Shown: one piece after another, positions 1-11,974 of the stretch
Layout: the number at the start of each line of letters is the position of its first letter
How positions within the stretch are numbered: position 1 is the first letter of the stretch
Assembly (NCBI GenBank): GCA_048213135.1
Contig: PS015014.1
Coordinates: 122,973 to 186,972, forward strand
DNA length: 64,000 nucleotides
Source of the DNA: Reclinomonas americana ATCC 50394
Taxonomy: Eukaryota
Direction of reading: 5' to 3'
Program-made: the position numbers and the translations under genes
The notes under the pieces: model-generated
What the model was told of the DNA's origin: nothing
Seen by the model: the letters and a program-made list of their open reading frames with translations, nothing else
Databases searched by the model: none

Positions 1-300
1 GCGGCAGAAGATGAGCGAGGAGGATCGTCCAGCAAGGGCGACGACGACTTTGACGAGCGCTTCCGGGCAGCCACACAGCTGCCGCGCGACGCCGAGCTGC
101 GACGCACAAGGAGAGCGTTGTCGTCGCGCAAGGCCACTGGTGGCAAGAGCGGTGGACGACACGCGGCGGCGGAGGAGGCTGAACCGCCAAAGAAGAAGCG
201 GAGGAAGACAAGTCGTGAATTGTAAGCAATGATGTTTTGCATTCATCCATTGTCGGGGAGTAGATAGGGACAACAGAGAAGTAGCGACGGCTCTTGCTGC

Positions 301-798
301 TCAATGTGACGGCGGCTGCACCGTGATGCCCTTCTTCTTCAGCTCCGCAATCGACCACTCAATGTCCTTCACACAGAGAGGAGACATTAGCACAAAGGCA
401 CTGTGTGGACGCGACAACGGGAGAACAGCTACCTTCTTCAGCAGATCATACTCCTTCGGGCACGACGGGAAGAAGAGGATGCGCAGCAGCACTCGCACTC
501 CCGAGACAAGCACCCACGCGGCAAACACCGTCAGCGGCAACTGTGTGCGTAAAAAATGAGCACATGGAAAGAAAGCGAGGCAGTGTGGCCACCACTCACA
601 TAGGCCACTGCAGTGCTGAGGGCACCGGGCAGCGACGATGCCACTGGTCGCAGTGCGAGCCACGCCTGTGAGTGTGAATGAGTGAGACAAGTGAGTGACA
701 AGTGGCACTGCATATTGTTTGCGTGGCAACCCCCCCACGCGTGAGCGCACCGCCAGCAGAATGAGAATGTTCAGTGCAACGCGCTGGTATCGTTTCAT
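301..798 (-). CDS. DPM3: Dolichol-phosphate mannosyltransferase subunit 3 (multi-exon)
   Basis: Small spliced product MKRYQRVALNILILLA...LPLTVFAAWVLVSGVRVLLRILFFPSCPKEYDLLKK|DIEWSIAELKKKGITV. It has two hydrophobic segments and the FPxCPxE...L.K.I...L.KKG C-terminus typical of DPM3. Confidence 0.8.
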   Translation of the reverse strand: MKRYQRVALNILILLAVRSRVGGLPRKQYAVPLVTHLSHSFTLTGVARTATSGIVAARCPQHCSGLCEWWPHCLAFFPCAHFLRTQLPLTVFAAWVLVSGVRVLLRILFFPSCPKEYDLLKKVAVLPLSRPHSAFVLMSPLCVKDIEWSIAELKKKGITVQPPSH

Positions 799-866
799 GC
801 TGTGCGTGTGTGTGTGTGCGTGCGCGTGTGATTGTGCGGAAAAAGGGGGGCAAAAATTCCCGCGCT

Positions 867-3800
867 TCACTTGACAAATGCGTGGTCGAGCAACTCGTCG
901 ACCGAGAACCGCAAGTGGGGTTCCCTGCGCAGCGCCACCAGTCAGATAGTTAGCATATGTGCGCTGCTCATCTGCTCCTCTTGCGGATCAGACCTTTGTA
1001 GGCAGTGCTCGAGAAAATCCACAAGATCGGGCGGCAGTGAGTTGTCGGTGGGAATTGTCGGGCGCTGGCCAGCAAGGAGTGCGCTCACGATTTGCCACTG
1101 CCAGCCACACCATGCCATGCGCATGTGAGTAAAACCGTGCTTCGCCCTTCATCGACAGCCACTCACCTGGTTCAATTTGCCCCACGGAGCTCTGCCGGTG
1201 GCCAGCTGCAACAGCATGCAGCCGAGAGACCACACATCGGCACGCAGGCCGTAGCGCACCGAGCCCTCGTTGGTTGCACCTTCTGCGTCAAACGCCACGC
1301 AGCACACCTCCGGCGCAAAGTACGCCGGCGTGCCGGTCGATTGCGTGCCGGTTTGCGTCTCGGCGTCGAGCAGCTTGGCCACACCGAGATCGGCAATCTT
1401 CAACACATCGCCCGCCGATGATGGGCAGAGGAGCACGTTGCCGGGCTTGATGTCTGCGAGCGGGGATGGGAGGAGATGAGAGGCAAAGGAGAAGAATTTA
1501 AATGCATCTTGAAGACTTGCCTCGATGAACCACCAGATGAGAGTGCAGATAGGAGAGGCCATGCAACAGTTGCCTGTAATGCGGGAAAATGAGTGCTGGA
1601 TGGAAGCAGTGTGCGAGAACAAGAGCACAGACCGCGTGTAGTCGCGCAAAATGTCCACCGGCAGCACTCGATACAGAGAGAGACGCTCGGCGAGTGTGCC
1701 ACCCGAGCAGAGCTCCATGACTGTGTGCTCACCAAATGAGGTGACAGATGGCAGAAGGCAAAAGAGAGAGAGAGAGAGAGAGTAACACACCTAGTTGAAC
1801 CTCGGCAGCCTCGGGTACGTAGTGCACGTCGATGAGCTGCACCAGGTTGCGATGTCGCAGCTCCCGCAACAACTGCACTTCGTTGACCACCGCCACCACA
1901 TGCTGCTCGGCGACACCAGTCTGTGGCAATCGAATGCGCTTCACTGCCACTTGCGTGCCGCGTATTGGGCCCGACAAGATCATTCCTACCGGGCGTCGTT
2001 TGCGATCAGCAACCGACTTGCCCTGCGCATCTCATTCATTCATCGCGCTCACCTTGCATGACTTCGCCAAACGCACCGCGGCCGAGCAATCGATCTACGG
2101 AAAAAACGCACAGATGAGCACATGCACTTCCCATCGAGTCTCTCCATCACGCGCCTGTCATCGAGAACTGCACGTGGTCATCACCACCGAGAATGTCGGC
2201 CAGCAACACCGACAGAGACTGCGGATCGTCGCCGCCCGCAACAACAGTAGCGGATGACCTTTCACCGCCAGACTGCGAGCGCACCACCACTGTGCAGTCG
2301 TCGCCACCAATCGCAAACGAGCTATTTGCACTCGAAGTACCAGAGCTCCACGAGAATGATTGCGCACGAGTGCGTGGTGCGGACGGCTGGTCCACCACGC
2401 GCCACGTGTGTTCCGAGCTACTGTACATCCACATGCGAGTGCCCTCCAGTGAAGACGCCATTATGTATTGTCCGTCAGCAGAGAAACACACATCGCGTGG
2501 AGGCTCCGAGTGCCCCTGCAGTGTGGCCACCCGCTCACTCCGTATAGATGACGGTGAATGTGGCTCACCCTCAGCCATCGCCAGTGACCACACATGCACC
2601 AAAGTGTCCTTGCAGGTGACTGCCAGCATGGAATTGTCGGGCGAGAACGCGACACCAAAACACGCCATATCATGGCGCAGGCGGGCAACTGCGCACTGCT
2701 CTCGCACAGACCACACGATCGCAAAACAGTCACGAGAAGCCGACGCCACCAAGTTGCCGTCAGGCGAGATGGCCACGCGGAACACGTCTCCCTCGTGCCC
2801 ACCATCCTTCAGCACACCCGTACACTGTCCCGTGTCCAACGAATACAAGCGAACGGTACGATCCCACGACGCAGATGCCGCAAGGTTCGGAACGGTCGCA
2901 CATGTGGAGAGGCCCCACTGCACGACGGTGGGGAGGGACAAGTGACGGAGGGAAGGACGAAAGAGTCTTGTCAATGTGCACACGCACGCACGCAACAGTT
3001 GGGTGGCTGTGAGTTCCGGAGAAGCGCCGCAAATGCGTCAGCGTATCTGTTTCCCACTGATGAACGCCATCTCGCGCACCGGCGAGAAGTGTCGCGCCAT
3101 CCGGCCACACAAATGCCAGCGAGCACACCGGCTCGTGGCCGCGCTCCACAGTGGTCGAGCGCAGCATCTGCAGCTCGGGTGCCGGTGCATCGATGCTCCA
3201 CTGCACAGAGGGGAAGAGAGAGAGGGAGAAAGAAGTGAGAGTGGAGTTGTTTTGAGTGAGCAAGAGTGTGTTTAAAAACCATCGCGATAGTTCCGTCGGC
3301 CGCAGCCGACGCCACAAGCTGTGTGTTTACAGGATGAAACGCGACAGCGTACACCGAACCAGTGTGCAGTCGGCCGATGCGAAGAACTGTGCTCCACACA
3401 AGAGTGAGAGTTATTTTCTAGTCACCATTATCATCACCAGCGGAGTGCATACCTGGAAACTGCGGCACTTCGTTTGGTCTCGGCGACCCGACCGCACGCC
3501 TTGGACTCCTTTCTGCTTTGTTACCTATATCCGCCTTTCCTTCCCTCCGCTCATCCTCTTCCTCCTCCACTTCCTGCTCGTCGCCGTCATCGGCAGAGAG
3601 TGAATACAAGATGATTTTGGCATCCTGTCCGCCACTTGCAAACTGATCGCCATTCGGTTGCCAGCACACACTGCATTGTTGCATGTGAGGAGAGCATGAA
3701 TAAAGAGACGCACTGAGTGTGTCACAAAGACAGCAAACCTGTACACCGTGCCGATGTGACCACCGTTGGAGACTTCCGTGCTTTCTCCACCCTCCGTCCA

Positions 3801-5093
3801 CAATCGCACTGTCTTGTCGCAGGAGCACGACAGGAGCGGCCACGACTCTGCAGACACGGCCTGTGGTCTCCACGCCACATCTGACATCCAGTATGTGTGC
3901 CCCCGCAGCACCTGTTCCTCCTCGCCGGTCGCTGCATCCCACGTGCGCACCGTGTGATCTTGTGCGCTTGTCCCAATTCGTCGGCCATCCTCTGTAATGC
4001 GTGCGTGTCAGAGCATTCATACAACAGAGAGAGAGAGAGAGAGAGGAACACGAGGCACTCAACTGCGCCACGATACGCCCCACAACGGAGCCTCGTGACC
4101 GCGCAGGGTGACAAGTTGATCCTGCGTGAAGGTGGACCACACCGAGGCCGTGCTGCGCAGCAGTACACTCAGCGAATCACACAATAGGAGGGTTAACATG
4201 GTAGACGTGGATCGATGACGCACTTGTCGGACGAGGCGAGAGCAAACATGCCACCTGTTGCGCGCAGGTGAGCGACACACAGACCATTTGGAACACCACA
4301 GCATCTCAAACTCACCGTCGGGGCTGAACTGCACGCGGTAAAGCTCTCCCGGCACCTTGACGGTCGCCATATGCTCTGAATCTGACGACGACGACACCGT
4401 GTACAGCCGAAACGAAGAGTCGTGTGCCGTGGAACTGCACACACACAGACAACAGAAAACTCTTCAACAACGTGATGACAGTCGCCGACTGAGGATTGGA
4501 GACCGACGCAACACCACCCAGTCGCCGTACTGTGCCCACGCCAGTCCCCACACACTGCGCGTGGGACCCTCGAGCACTGCCAGACACTCGCTGGTCTCCA
4601 CATCGAACACTCGCACGAGATGATCAGCGCCTCCGCTGCACACACGTCGACCATCGGGTGACCTGTGTGGACGGGGATTCACTCGACAAGCACTCAGCTC
4701 TTGCACTTTCCCGCCAAGACGCACCACACACAGACATTGGCGCCGCCGTTGTGTGCCCGCATGCACGACACCATTGATCCGTGTTCGCCACTGTCGAGCA
4801 CCGCATTCAGCCGCTTCTTGACATCGGCCGTCGGATTGCGTGAGGTTGGTGGTGCAGCAGCTGCTGACACAACAGCGTCGGTGCCATCGGGAGGTGCGCA
4901 GCGGAACATGCGCAGGAAGCCATCCTGACTCTTTGTGGTGAGCGAATGAATGAACACGTGTGTTCTTTGACAACACACACACACTCACGTCGCCTGCTGA
5001 GCAGAGCAGTGGGTGCAGAGTGGGGCACCACGCCAGCGATCGTATAAAGTGTCGAGGGGGACAGGAGATCACACGGACGGTCTTGGCTCGCAT
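867..5093 (-). CDS. WD40-repeat protein (probably two propellers) fused to a C-terminal STE11/MAP3K-like Ser/Thr kinase
   Basis: Many GH...WD-type repeats in exons 5093-2155 splice in frame into kinase motifs LGRGAFGEV, VAVKR, HRDIKPGN, IADLG, GTPAYFAPE and DVWSLGC. Stop is TGA at 869-867. Confidence 0.8.
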
Positions 5094-5151
5094 CCGTCAA
5101 CGAAAAGTAAAATGTGTTGTCCTCTCAGTCGAGTTGGTTTACTACGTACTT

Positions 5152-6686
5152 CTACTTGGCGCCTCCTTGCATGGCGGCCGCATACGACTCGGCCTTCTTT
5201 CTCAACACAATGCGCAAAAACTCGCGAACCTTGCGCGCCGCACGCGTGCACGCCTGCGACGCCGTACCAAACTCCTCTACCGTGAACCCCTCGCCCAGAC
5301 TCTTGCAGGCCAGCACACCCAGCGTCGCTCGCGGCTTGCGCGACTTTCCTCGTTTCTTCGCCTTGTGGCCGTCCTCCCCTCCTTCTTCTTCCATCTCCTC
5401 CTCGTCGCCGTCTTCGCCGGCCGGTCGCGCAGCAAACACTGGCGCCCGATCCTCCACAAACACAAACGTGTGCACCGACACCGCGTTGCGCTCCTCCTCG
5501 CGTGTCGGATCAATCAGCAGCTCACCATCGGCAGTCACAGCGCACGTTGCTGGCGAAAAACCACACGCGTGGTGAGGCAAGGGCGAGAAGACAATGAGAA
5601 GAGAGAGAAGGGAAAAGACGACTCTCACCAGCGCACGGAAGCAGTCGCATGGGAACGCCGGCGTCCATGAGGGCCAGCATGAGAGCGTTGACGCAGGCCG
5701 CCAGACACGAGCCATCGTCGTGCAACACTTGCAGCACGGCGGTGACGATGGAGCGGGGGTGCATGGCCGTCAGCACGCATTGTTCCAACAGAGACTCCAG
5801 GAAGCTGCGCGAATGGGGGAAGGAGATGAGTTCACGGAGAAGAGAGAAGGGAGAAGGAGAAGGAGAGGGAGAGGAAGGGAGAGTGAAAGAGGGATGGGGG
5901 AAGAGGGGAAGGGAAAGGGAAGGGATGCAAAGGGAGTAAGAGGTTAGAAGGTGAGAGAGAACGGAGGATCGGCGTGGGCATGGAATGCAGGGAGAGAGAT
6001 GGAGAGAAGGAGGATGGGATACAGCGAGAGAAGCATGGAAGGGTGGAAAGGAGAAGGGAGGCACGAGGGAGCGAGGAGGAAGGGACGAGCATGTGAGGAG
6101 GAGAGAAGAAAAGACGAAGAGGGATGTGAAGGCAGTGAAGGAAGATTGAAGGAAAGAGAGGGAGAGAAGAGAGACAGAGGGAGAGAGAGAGAGGAAGGGT
6201 GGAAGGGAGAAGGGAGGAAGGGAAGAAGAGAGAAGAGGAGAGACGAATGCAGGGAGAGTGAAGAGAGGGGCAGTGCTGTTCCTGTGTATGCACACCCACC
6301 GTTCCCGCTGACGATCCTCGCTTGTGGGCATTCCCGAGCGCGGTCTCACAGTGACCTCAATGACGCACTTGCCCTGCACCTCCTTGCGTGCGGGCACCTC
6401 ACGAGGACCATACACGGCGACCAACACCGCAGTGTGATCTGCAAGAAAAATGATGATGAACAAAGAGTGCAGAGCAGACTTGGGTGAAGAGGAGGAGAGG
6501 AAGAGAACCTTGTGAGAGAGAGGCAGAACCATCGGCACGATTGAGAAGAGCGGCCTCGGCAGCCAGCTCTCGAATCTGATTGTATTCACGACCGTCGTGG
6601 CGACGCACTGTGTGTCGCTCACTCATGGACACATCGGTGCTCACAGAGGATGCTGATGCAGCAGCAGCAGCAGCAGCAGTGGCCAT
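5152..6686 (-). CDS. RRP46: Exosome complex RNase PH-like subunit RRP46/EXOSC5
   Basis: RHDGR..NQIR, LLNRADGSA, VLVAVYGP, LQVLHDDGS.LA.CVNA..LAL.DAGVP and LLIDPT.EE. Contains one ~500 nt pyrimidine-rich intron. Confidence 0.85.
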
Positions 6687-6748
6687 TGCTCACGAGAAGA
6701 GAAGGGGAATGCGTGCAGGACATTTCATTGTGTGCTCATTTGGGTGCG

Positions 6749-8176
6749 TCACTTCACGGCTCCGGTTCTAGCTTGCTCGTGCTCGTCGTGGTGGTGGTCG
6801 TTACGGTCCCGTCGGATCGCTCCTCCACGTCCTCGTCTACCACCTCCTCCTCTTCTTCCTCGACGATTTGCCTCTTGACCACCACGCGCTTGTACTGCGC
6901 AGCTGCTGTGAGCTGCTGCAGGAACGGCGATGGGCAAGGAGGCGATTCGTGACGCAACTCGGCGGTGAATGGCTGTTCGCACTACGTTGCCGGCTGTGCG
7001 GAAGGAGACGGGGTGTTGCCGCGGGCTCGCACTAGCCTCGCGATGCGGGCTCCGACTTCGGTGCGGGCTCCGGCTGCCGCCTCGCGGACTGCGTTCCGAG
7101 GGGCTGAGGTCGGCGAAGCTGCGCTCCAGCAGCTCCATCTCGTGATCCAGTTCGTTCTCCAGCGTGCCCTCCTCGGGAAGCGGCAGCCGGAAGAGCGTGG
7201 CGGTGCCCGGGAACCTGCCAATCAACAATGAGACGTGCGTGCCATGCAAAAGTTGGCTCACTTGTACGCAGCGCAACTTGAGATTGTGCACCGCCTGGCA
7301 GAACTGCGGGAACGTGAACATGTGGTCGGTCACACTGGCCGTAGCCCGCTGCACCTCATCCTCCACACTCGCAGGCGTCGCCGATTCACCTGTGAAACAA
7401 AGCAGTCAGTACCTCGCCGAAAAGACACCCACATGCAGCACGACGAAACCTCGCGCGCGCCGAATGTGTCTGACCAAGTGCCGCAGCTCCGTGGCCTCCA
7501 ACTTGCCGTCACCCTGCACCAACGCACCAATGGTGAGCGTTTCCCCCCTACTACAATTGTTTTCGAACACGCAACATTCACGTCGTACACCTGCGCACCA
7601 CCACGCGGGCATCAGCACAAAGCAGAACAGGGAGGGGAGGGGAGGGAAGCAGACGCAACTCGGAAAATGTACTGCAGACGATCCTCACTGAGATCGGCGT
7701 CCGAGTCAGGTGCACGAGGATCGACAGCCGCCAACCCTGCGCGAGAGTGGTGTGAGCAGCGTGAAGAGACTCCGTTGTGAGCCACCACCACTCGCACCCA
7801 GCAGAAACTCGTTGGCATCAATAGATCCACTGCGGTCAAGATCAAACGCGGCAAAGTACTGCGCTCATGGCGTGAGTGAGAGCACAGACACACAGAGTGA
7901 GAGACAACTCATTGCATCATCACTCACACGCGGGCAGTACTTGCTGTTCACACCCCAGTGCACCATGAGACGAGTAAAGTCCGCCAGCTGCATCTCTGGG
8001 CGACCATCAGTGGCCCACAAGAACGCGCTGTGCGATTCTCGAGTGTGTAAGAGAGAGAGAGAGTGAAGATGTGTGTGTGCGCGCGAGAGAGAAAGACTCA
8101 ACTCGCGTGCTTTCTCCAGCTCCTCGCCAGTGAGCACCTGGAAGGGAGCTGCAGCTTCGATGCCCGATGAGGCCAT
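6749..8176 (-). CDS. EF-hand calcium-binding protein with RS/P-rich tail
   Basis: EF loops FDLDRSGSIDANEF and YDVNGDGKLEATEL; the second is assembled via a 15-nt exon at 7576-7590. The 3' end is uncertain. Confidence 0.7.
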
Positions 8177-8245
8177 GGTGTTGGCGTGAGTGAGTGACGC
8201 AAAATGACAACATGAAATGCACACAGGACAACGTTGTTCACTCAT

Positions 8246-8740
8246 TCACAGGGTGTGCTGGCGAGAGGAGGAGGAGTCACGGAGATGAAGAGCAATGGCC
8301 ACGACAAGCAGCAGCGCAAAGAAGCCCGTTTGCGCCCAATACATCGCAAAGACAGAGCTGACAGCGGCCAAGTCGGCCGACACGGTGACTGCGACCAGGC
8401 CGAGTACAGTCACCGACAAGGCGGTGAGTGCGACGGGGACAGCGGCCTTGTTGCGCGCTGCGTAGAGGAACAGGATGGCGTAGTTGATGACACAAAACGA
8501 GATGATCTTGTCTTGGTAGGCGTAGAATGGGGTGTCGTAGTACACAAAGAGCAGCGGGATCTTGAGGCTGAAGAAGTGCGCGGTGGCCATGAGGTAGAAG
8601 AAGGCCACGGAGATGAGGAGCAAAAGGCGGAGGAGAGGCGCGGGTGGTGTCTTCTCCGAGGCCTTTTTCGAGGGGCGGGAGAGGAGAATGGGCAGGCCGA
8701 GAGAGGTGGCCACGAGGGCGGCGAACAGTGCGGTCTCCAT
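8246..8740 (-). CDS. Small multi-pass membrane protein (gene A, intronless, 164 aa)
   Basis: Clean ORF with about 5 hydrophobic segments and GC-rich codon usage. A decayed paralog lies at 9505-9833. Confidence 0.7.
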   Translation of the reverse strand: METALFAALVATSLGLPILLSRPSKKASEKTPPAPLLRLLLLISVAFFYLMATAHFFSLKIPLLFVYYDTPFYAYQDKIISFCVINYAILFLYAARNKAAVPVALTALSVTVLGLVAVTVSADLAAVSSVFAMYWAQTGFFALLLVVAIALHLRDSSSSRQHTL

Positions 8741-8895
8741 GGGGTGCGGAAGAGGGGAAGAGAAGTGAGAGGGAGGAGCCAGCCTGACATGCCGACGGGA
8801 CGAACCACATTGTTTTATGCAAAAAAAAATGCTCTCCCCTTACATAAGCGACGGAAGGAAGGATGGAGGGGAGGGTGGAGGGGGAGAGGGAGGTG

Positions 8896-9351
8896 TCACA
8901 TGCGCAGGAGAGCCACGAGAATCATGCGGAAAGGGTCCCGCGCTCGTGCAATCGGCCAGATCAAACTCTTCAGCCAGTTGGCGTGCTCCTTGTAGGCGGC
9001 GCTGAGGAACTCCATGCACTGCTCCTCGGTGGGCACCTCCGGCACTGTGCCCTCGGCCTGCGCGGCCCGGAGGGCGCGGCGCGCAGGAACGTAGGCAGAG
9101 GCGGCGTAGTCGACAATCGAACCAAGCAGCCACGCCGCACCGCCCCACCGGAATGCTGGATGCTGCTTCTTGAACCAGCTGACGAGTTCACGCGAGGCGC
9201 TGAACTCCTCGGCAAATGCGGCTGCTTTCGCAGAGTCGGAGAAGGCGTTGCGGAGGAGACTGTTGACGTTGCCGGCGCCAGCTGCAGCGCCGGTGCGAAG
9301 AGCGGAGGGGGCGCTGCTGGCGACCCGGCGGATGAGGGTGGCGAAGAACAT
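8896..9351 (-). CDS. Hypothetical protein with mitochondrial presequence-like N-terminus (gene B, ~151 aa)
   Basis: MFFATLIRRVASSAPSALRTG... is R/S/A-rich with no acidic residues. An intact paralog at 9977-10426 keeps the same frame. Confidence 0.7.
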   Translation of the reverse strand: MFFATLIRRVASSAPSALRTGAAAGAGNVNSLLRNAFSDSAKAAAFAEEFSASRELVSWFKKQHPAFRWGGAAWLLGSIVDYAASAYVPARRALRAAQAEGTVPEVPTEEQCMEFLSAAYKEHANWLKSLIWPIARARDPFRMILVALLRM

Positions 9352-9504
9352 GTTATGTAGTGAGTTGCCTGCGCTCGGTGGTGGAGTGGAAAGACTGAAA
9401 CAAGTCGTTGGACAAAACGCAACGTCGACAAATAAAATCCAAATCCGGCACGACGTCCAGCATGCAGCACAGGTGCGAGGGAGATCAGGCGCGAAGGAGA
9501 CTTG

Positions 9505-9833
9505 GCGGTGGTGAGTGCGACGGGGGCAGCCTTGTTGCGCGCAGCGAAGAGAAACAAGCAGGCGCAGTTGATGACACAAAACGCAATGATCTTGTTGTCT
9601 TGGGCGCGTAGAATGGGGTGTCGAAGTACACAAAGAGCATCGGGATCTTGAGGCTGAAGAAGTACACGGTGGCCATGAGGTAGAAGAAGGCCACGTAGAT
9701 GAGGAGCAAAAGGCGGAGGAGAGGCGTCGTCTCCGAGGTCTTTTTCGCCGACGAGGACGAGGGGCGGGTGCATGTGAGGAGGATGGGGAGACCGAGAGAT
9801 GTGGCCACGAGGGCGGCGCTGTGCAGTCTCCAT
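9505..9833 (-). pseudogene. Frameshifted, 3'-truncated copy of gene A
   Basis: Aligns to 8740-8430 but has a frameshift after META, another after FYA, and breaks off after VALT. Confidence 0.75.
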
Positions 9834-9976
9834 GAGTGCAGGAGAGGGGGAAGAGAGGGAGACACAAAGACGACGGGACGATTGATATCGCGAATTCGAA
9901 CACATTGATCACAAAGTACTCTTCCTATTAATTTAGCGACGAGAGGAAGGATAGAGGGGGAGAGCGCAGCGATGTG

Positions 9977-10426
9977 TCACATACGCAGGAGAGCCACGAG
10001 AATTGCGCGGAACGGCTCTCGCGCTCTCACAAAAGGCCACCCGAGGCTTTTCAGCCAGTTGGAGTGCTCCTTGTAGGCGGCGCTGAGGAACTCCATGCAC
10101 TGCTCCTCGGTGGGCACCTCCGGCACTGTGCCCTCGGCCTGTGCGGCTCGGAGGGCCGCGCGTGCAGGAATGTAAGCGGAGGCGGCGTAATCGATAATCG
10201 AACCCAGCAGCCACGCCGCACCGCCCCACCGAAATGCAGGATGCTGCTTCTTGAACCACTTGACGAGTTCGCGCGACGCGCTGAACTCCTCGGTGACCTC
10301 GGCTGCTTTTGCGGTGTCGGAGAAGGTGCGGCGGAGGAGATTGTTGACGTTGCCGGCGCCAGCGCCGGTGCGAAGAGGGGAGGGGGCGCTGCTGGCGACC
10401 CGGCGAATGAGTGTGGCAAAGAACAT
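9977..10426 (-). CDS. Paralog of gene B (B')
   Basis: MFFATLIRRVASSAPSPLRTG...WFKKQHPAFRWGGAAWLLGS...VALLRM, highly similar to 8896-9351. Confidence 0.7.
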   Translation of the reverse strand: MFFATLIRRVASSAPSPLRTGAGAGNVNNLLRRTFSDTAKAAEVTEEFSASRELVKWFKKQHPAFRWGGAAWLLGSIIDYAASAYIPARAALRAAQAEGTVPEVPTEEQCMEFLSAAYKEHSNWLKSLGWPFVRAREPFRAILVALLRM

Positions 10427-10866
10427 GGATGTTGCGAGTTGCCTGCGCTCGGTGGTGAAGTGGTGGGGTGGAAGATTGCGTTGGACAACAACGCGACAGA
10501 CTTGACAAATCCGAACCGAACACGTCCAGCATGGACAGTACCAAGATAGCTGCTGTCGTGTGTGGACGAGACATGGTGGTGGTGGTGGTGAGGGACCGTG
10601 GTGAGACGGAGACGCGGGGTCCACGCGCTTTCCCATTCGCGATATCGAACGAGGTCGAAGTCCTTTCTTGCAATACATTGACACTTGAAAAATGTTCTCC
10701 ATCGTGCCCGAGTGCTTCCCTTCTCTCTGCTACATGGATTTCTGGGGCTGCTTCCAGAATCCGCACTGCTTTTCTTCCTTGTATCGCGAACTTCGAAGAC
10801 GTACAATTGCTCGCTCGCCGAACTGTCCTCTCTCACTACAATTTGCGGCGGCAGCGCGACACAACC

Positions 10867-11974
10867 ATGGCGATTGGGTGAGTCGCCAGACAGACACACA
10901 GACAGGTGGCAGAGGGCAGACGCAGGAAGCGCACTGGCGTGTGCGTGTGGCGGTGGTGCGGGTGTGAGGGAGAGAGAAGTGTGTGGGCATGAACACATGC
11001 GCATGTCGGTGCCATGCATGGCGCACAGCCCCTCTCCTCCCTTCTCGCCCGCCTCCCTCCTCCTGTGCACATGTGTATATGCGTATGGGTGGTGGAGAGG
11101 GAGAGTGCTCCAGTGCAACACGTGCACTTTCTGCGAGTGTGAATGTGTGACTGATTGATGGAGACGATGGATGTGTGCGCTTGAGACTGCTGCCTGTGTC
11201 CATCCGTCCGTCCCTCCTCTCTCTCTCTTTCTTGTGCTCTTGTTGACAGAGTTACACGCACGACTTTCCGCACACTGTGCCATGATCAGATCTCTCGATC
11301 ACACACCCGTCATCTTACTTTCTCTCTTCAATCCCCATAACCCAGCATGCTCACCACTTGTGCGCCCTCCTTCCTCCTCCCATTAACAGAAAGAACCCGA
11401 TGAAGAGCAAGTACACCAAGAAGGGGTCGAAGAAGAAAGTGTTGCGTGCCATGGCATGTCTGCTGTGCTCACTCGCTGCGCACTCACCCTTTTCTTCCCC
11501 TCCTCTCTTTCCTTCTTGGTTGGTCGCCGCCAACAGCATTGATCCCTACTCACGCAAGGTGCGTTGTTTTCTTTTGTTTGCTTGAGAGTCTTAATGGAAG
11601 AGACTCGGGGTGTCACTCACACTCGGTCTGTGCAGGAGTGGTACGACATCAAGGCCCCGGCTGTGTTCCGCGAGCGTGAGGCGTGCAAGACCATTGTGAA
11701 CCGCACTGCCGGCACCAGTTGCGTCTGCGTGTACAGGGGGAAAGGAGAGGCCGAATTGGGGGCTAATCGCGCTTGCTTGCTTGTCCACAGAGATCGCCTC
11801 TGAGGCGCTGAAGGGCCGCGTGTTCGAGGTCAACCTCGGCGATTTGCACAAGAACCCCAACCTCGGCAACCGCAAGATCAAGCTGCGCGTGGAGGACGTC
11901 CAGGGCCGCGCCTGCCTCACCAACTTCTACGGCATGGTGTTCACCACTGATCGCCTGCGCTCGCTCGTCCGCAA
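10867..11974 (+). CDS. RPS3A: 40S ribosomal protein S3a/eS1, 5' half
   Basis: Spliced [36 protein letters not shown]...[24 protein letters not shown]...[22 protein letters not shown]...SLVRK. Confidence 0.95.

Noticed and set aside
5800-6298. Long Leu/Ser/Pro or Arg/Glu/Gly ORFs in GA/CT-rich sequence (also 12100-12750 and 18900-19700)
   Set aside because: These are low-complexity introns of RRP46, RPS3A and WBP2-like.
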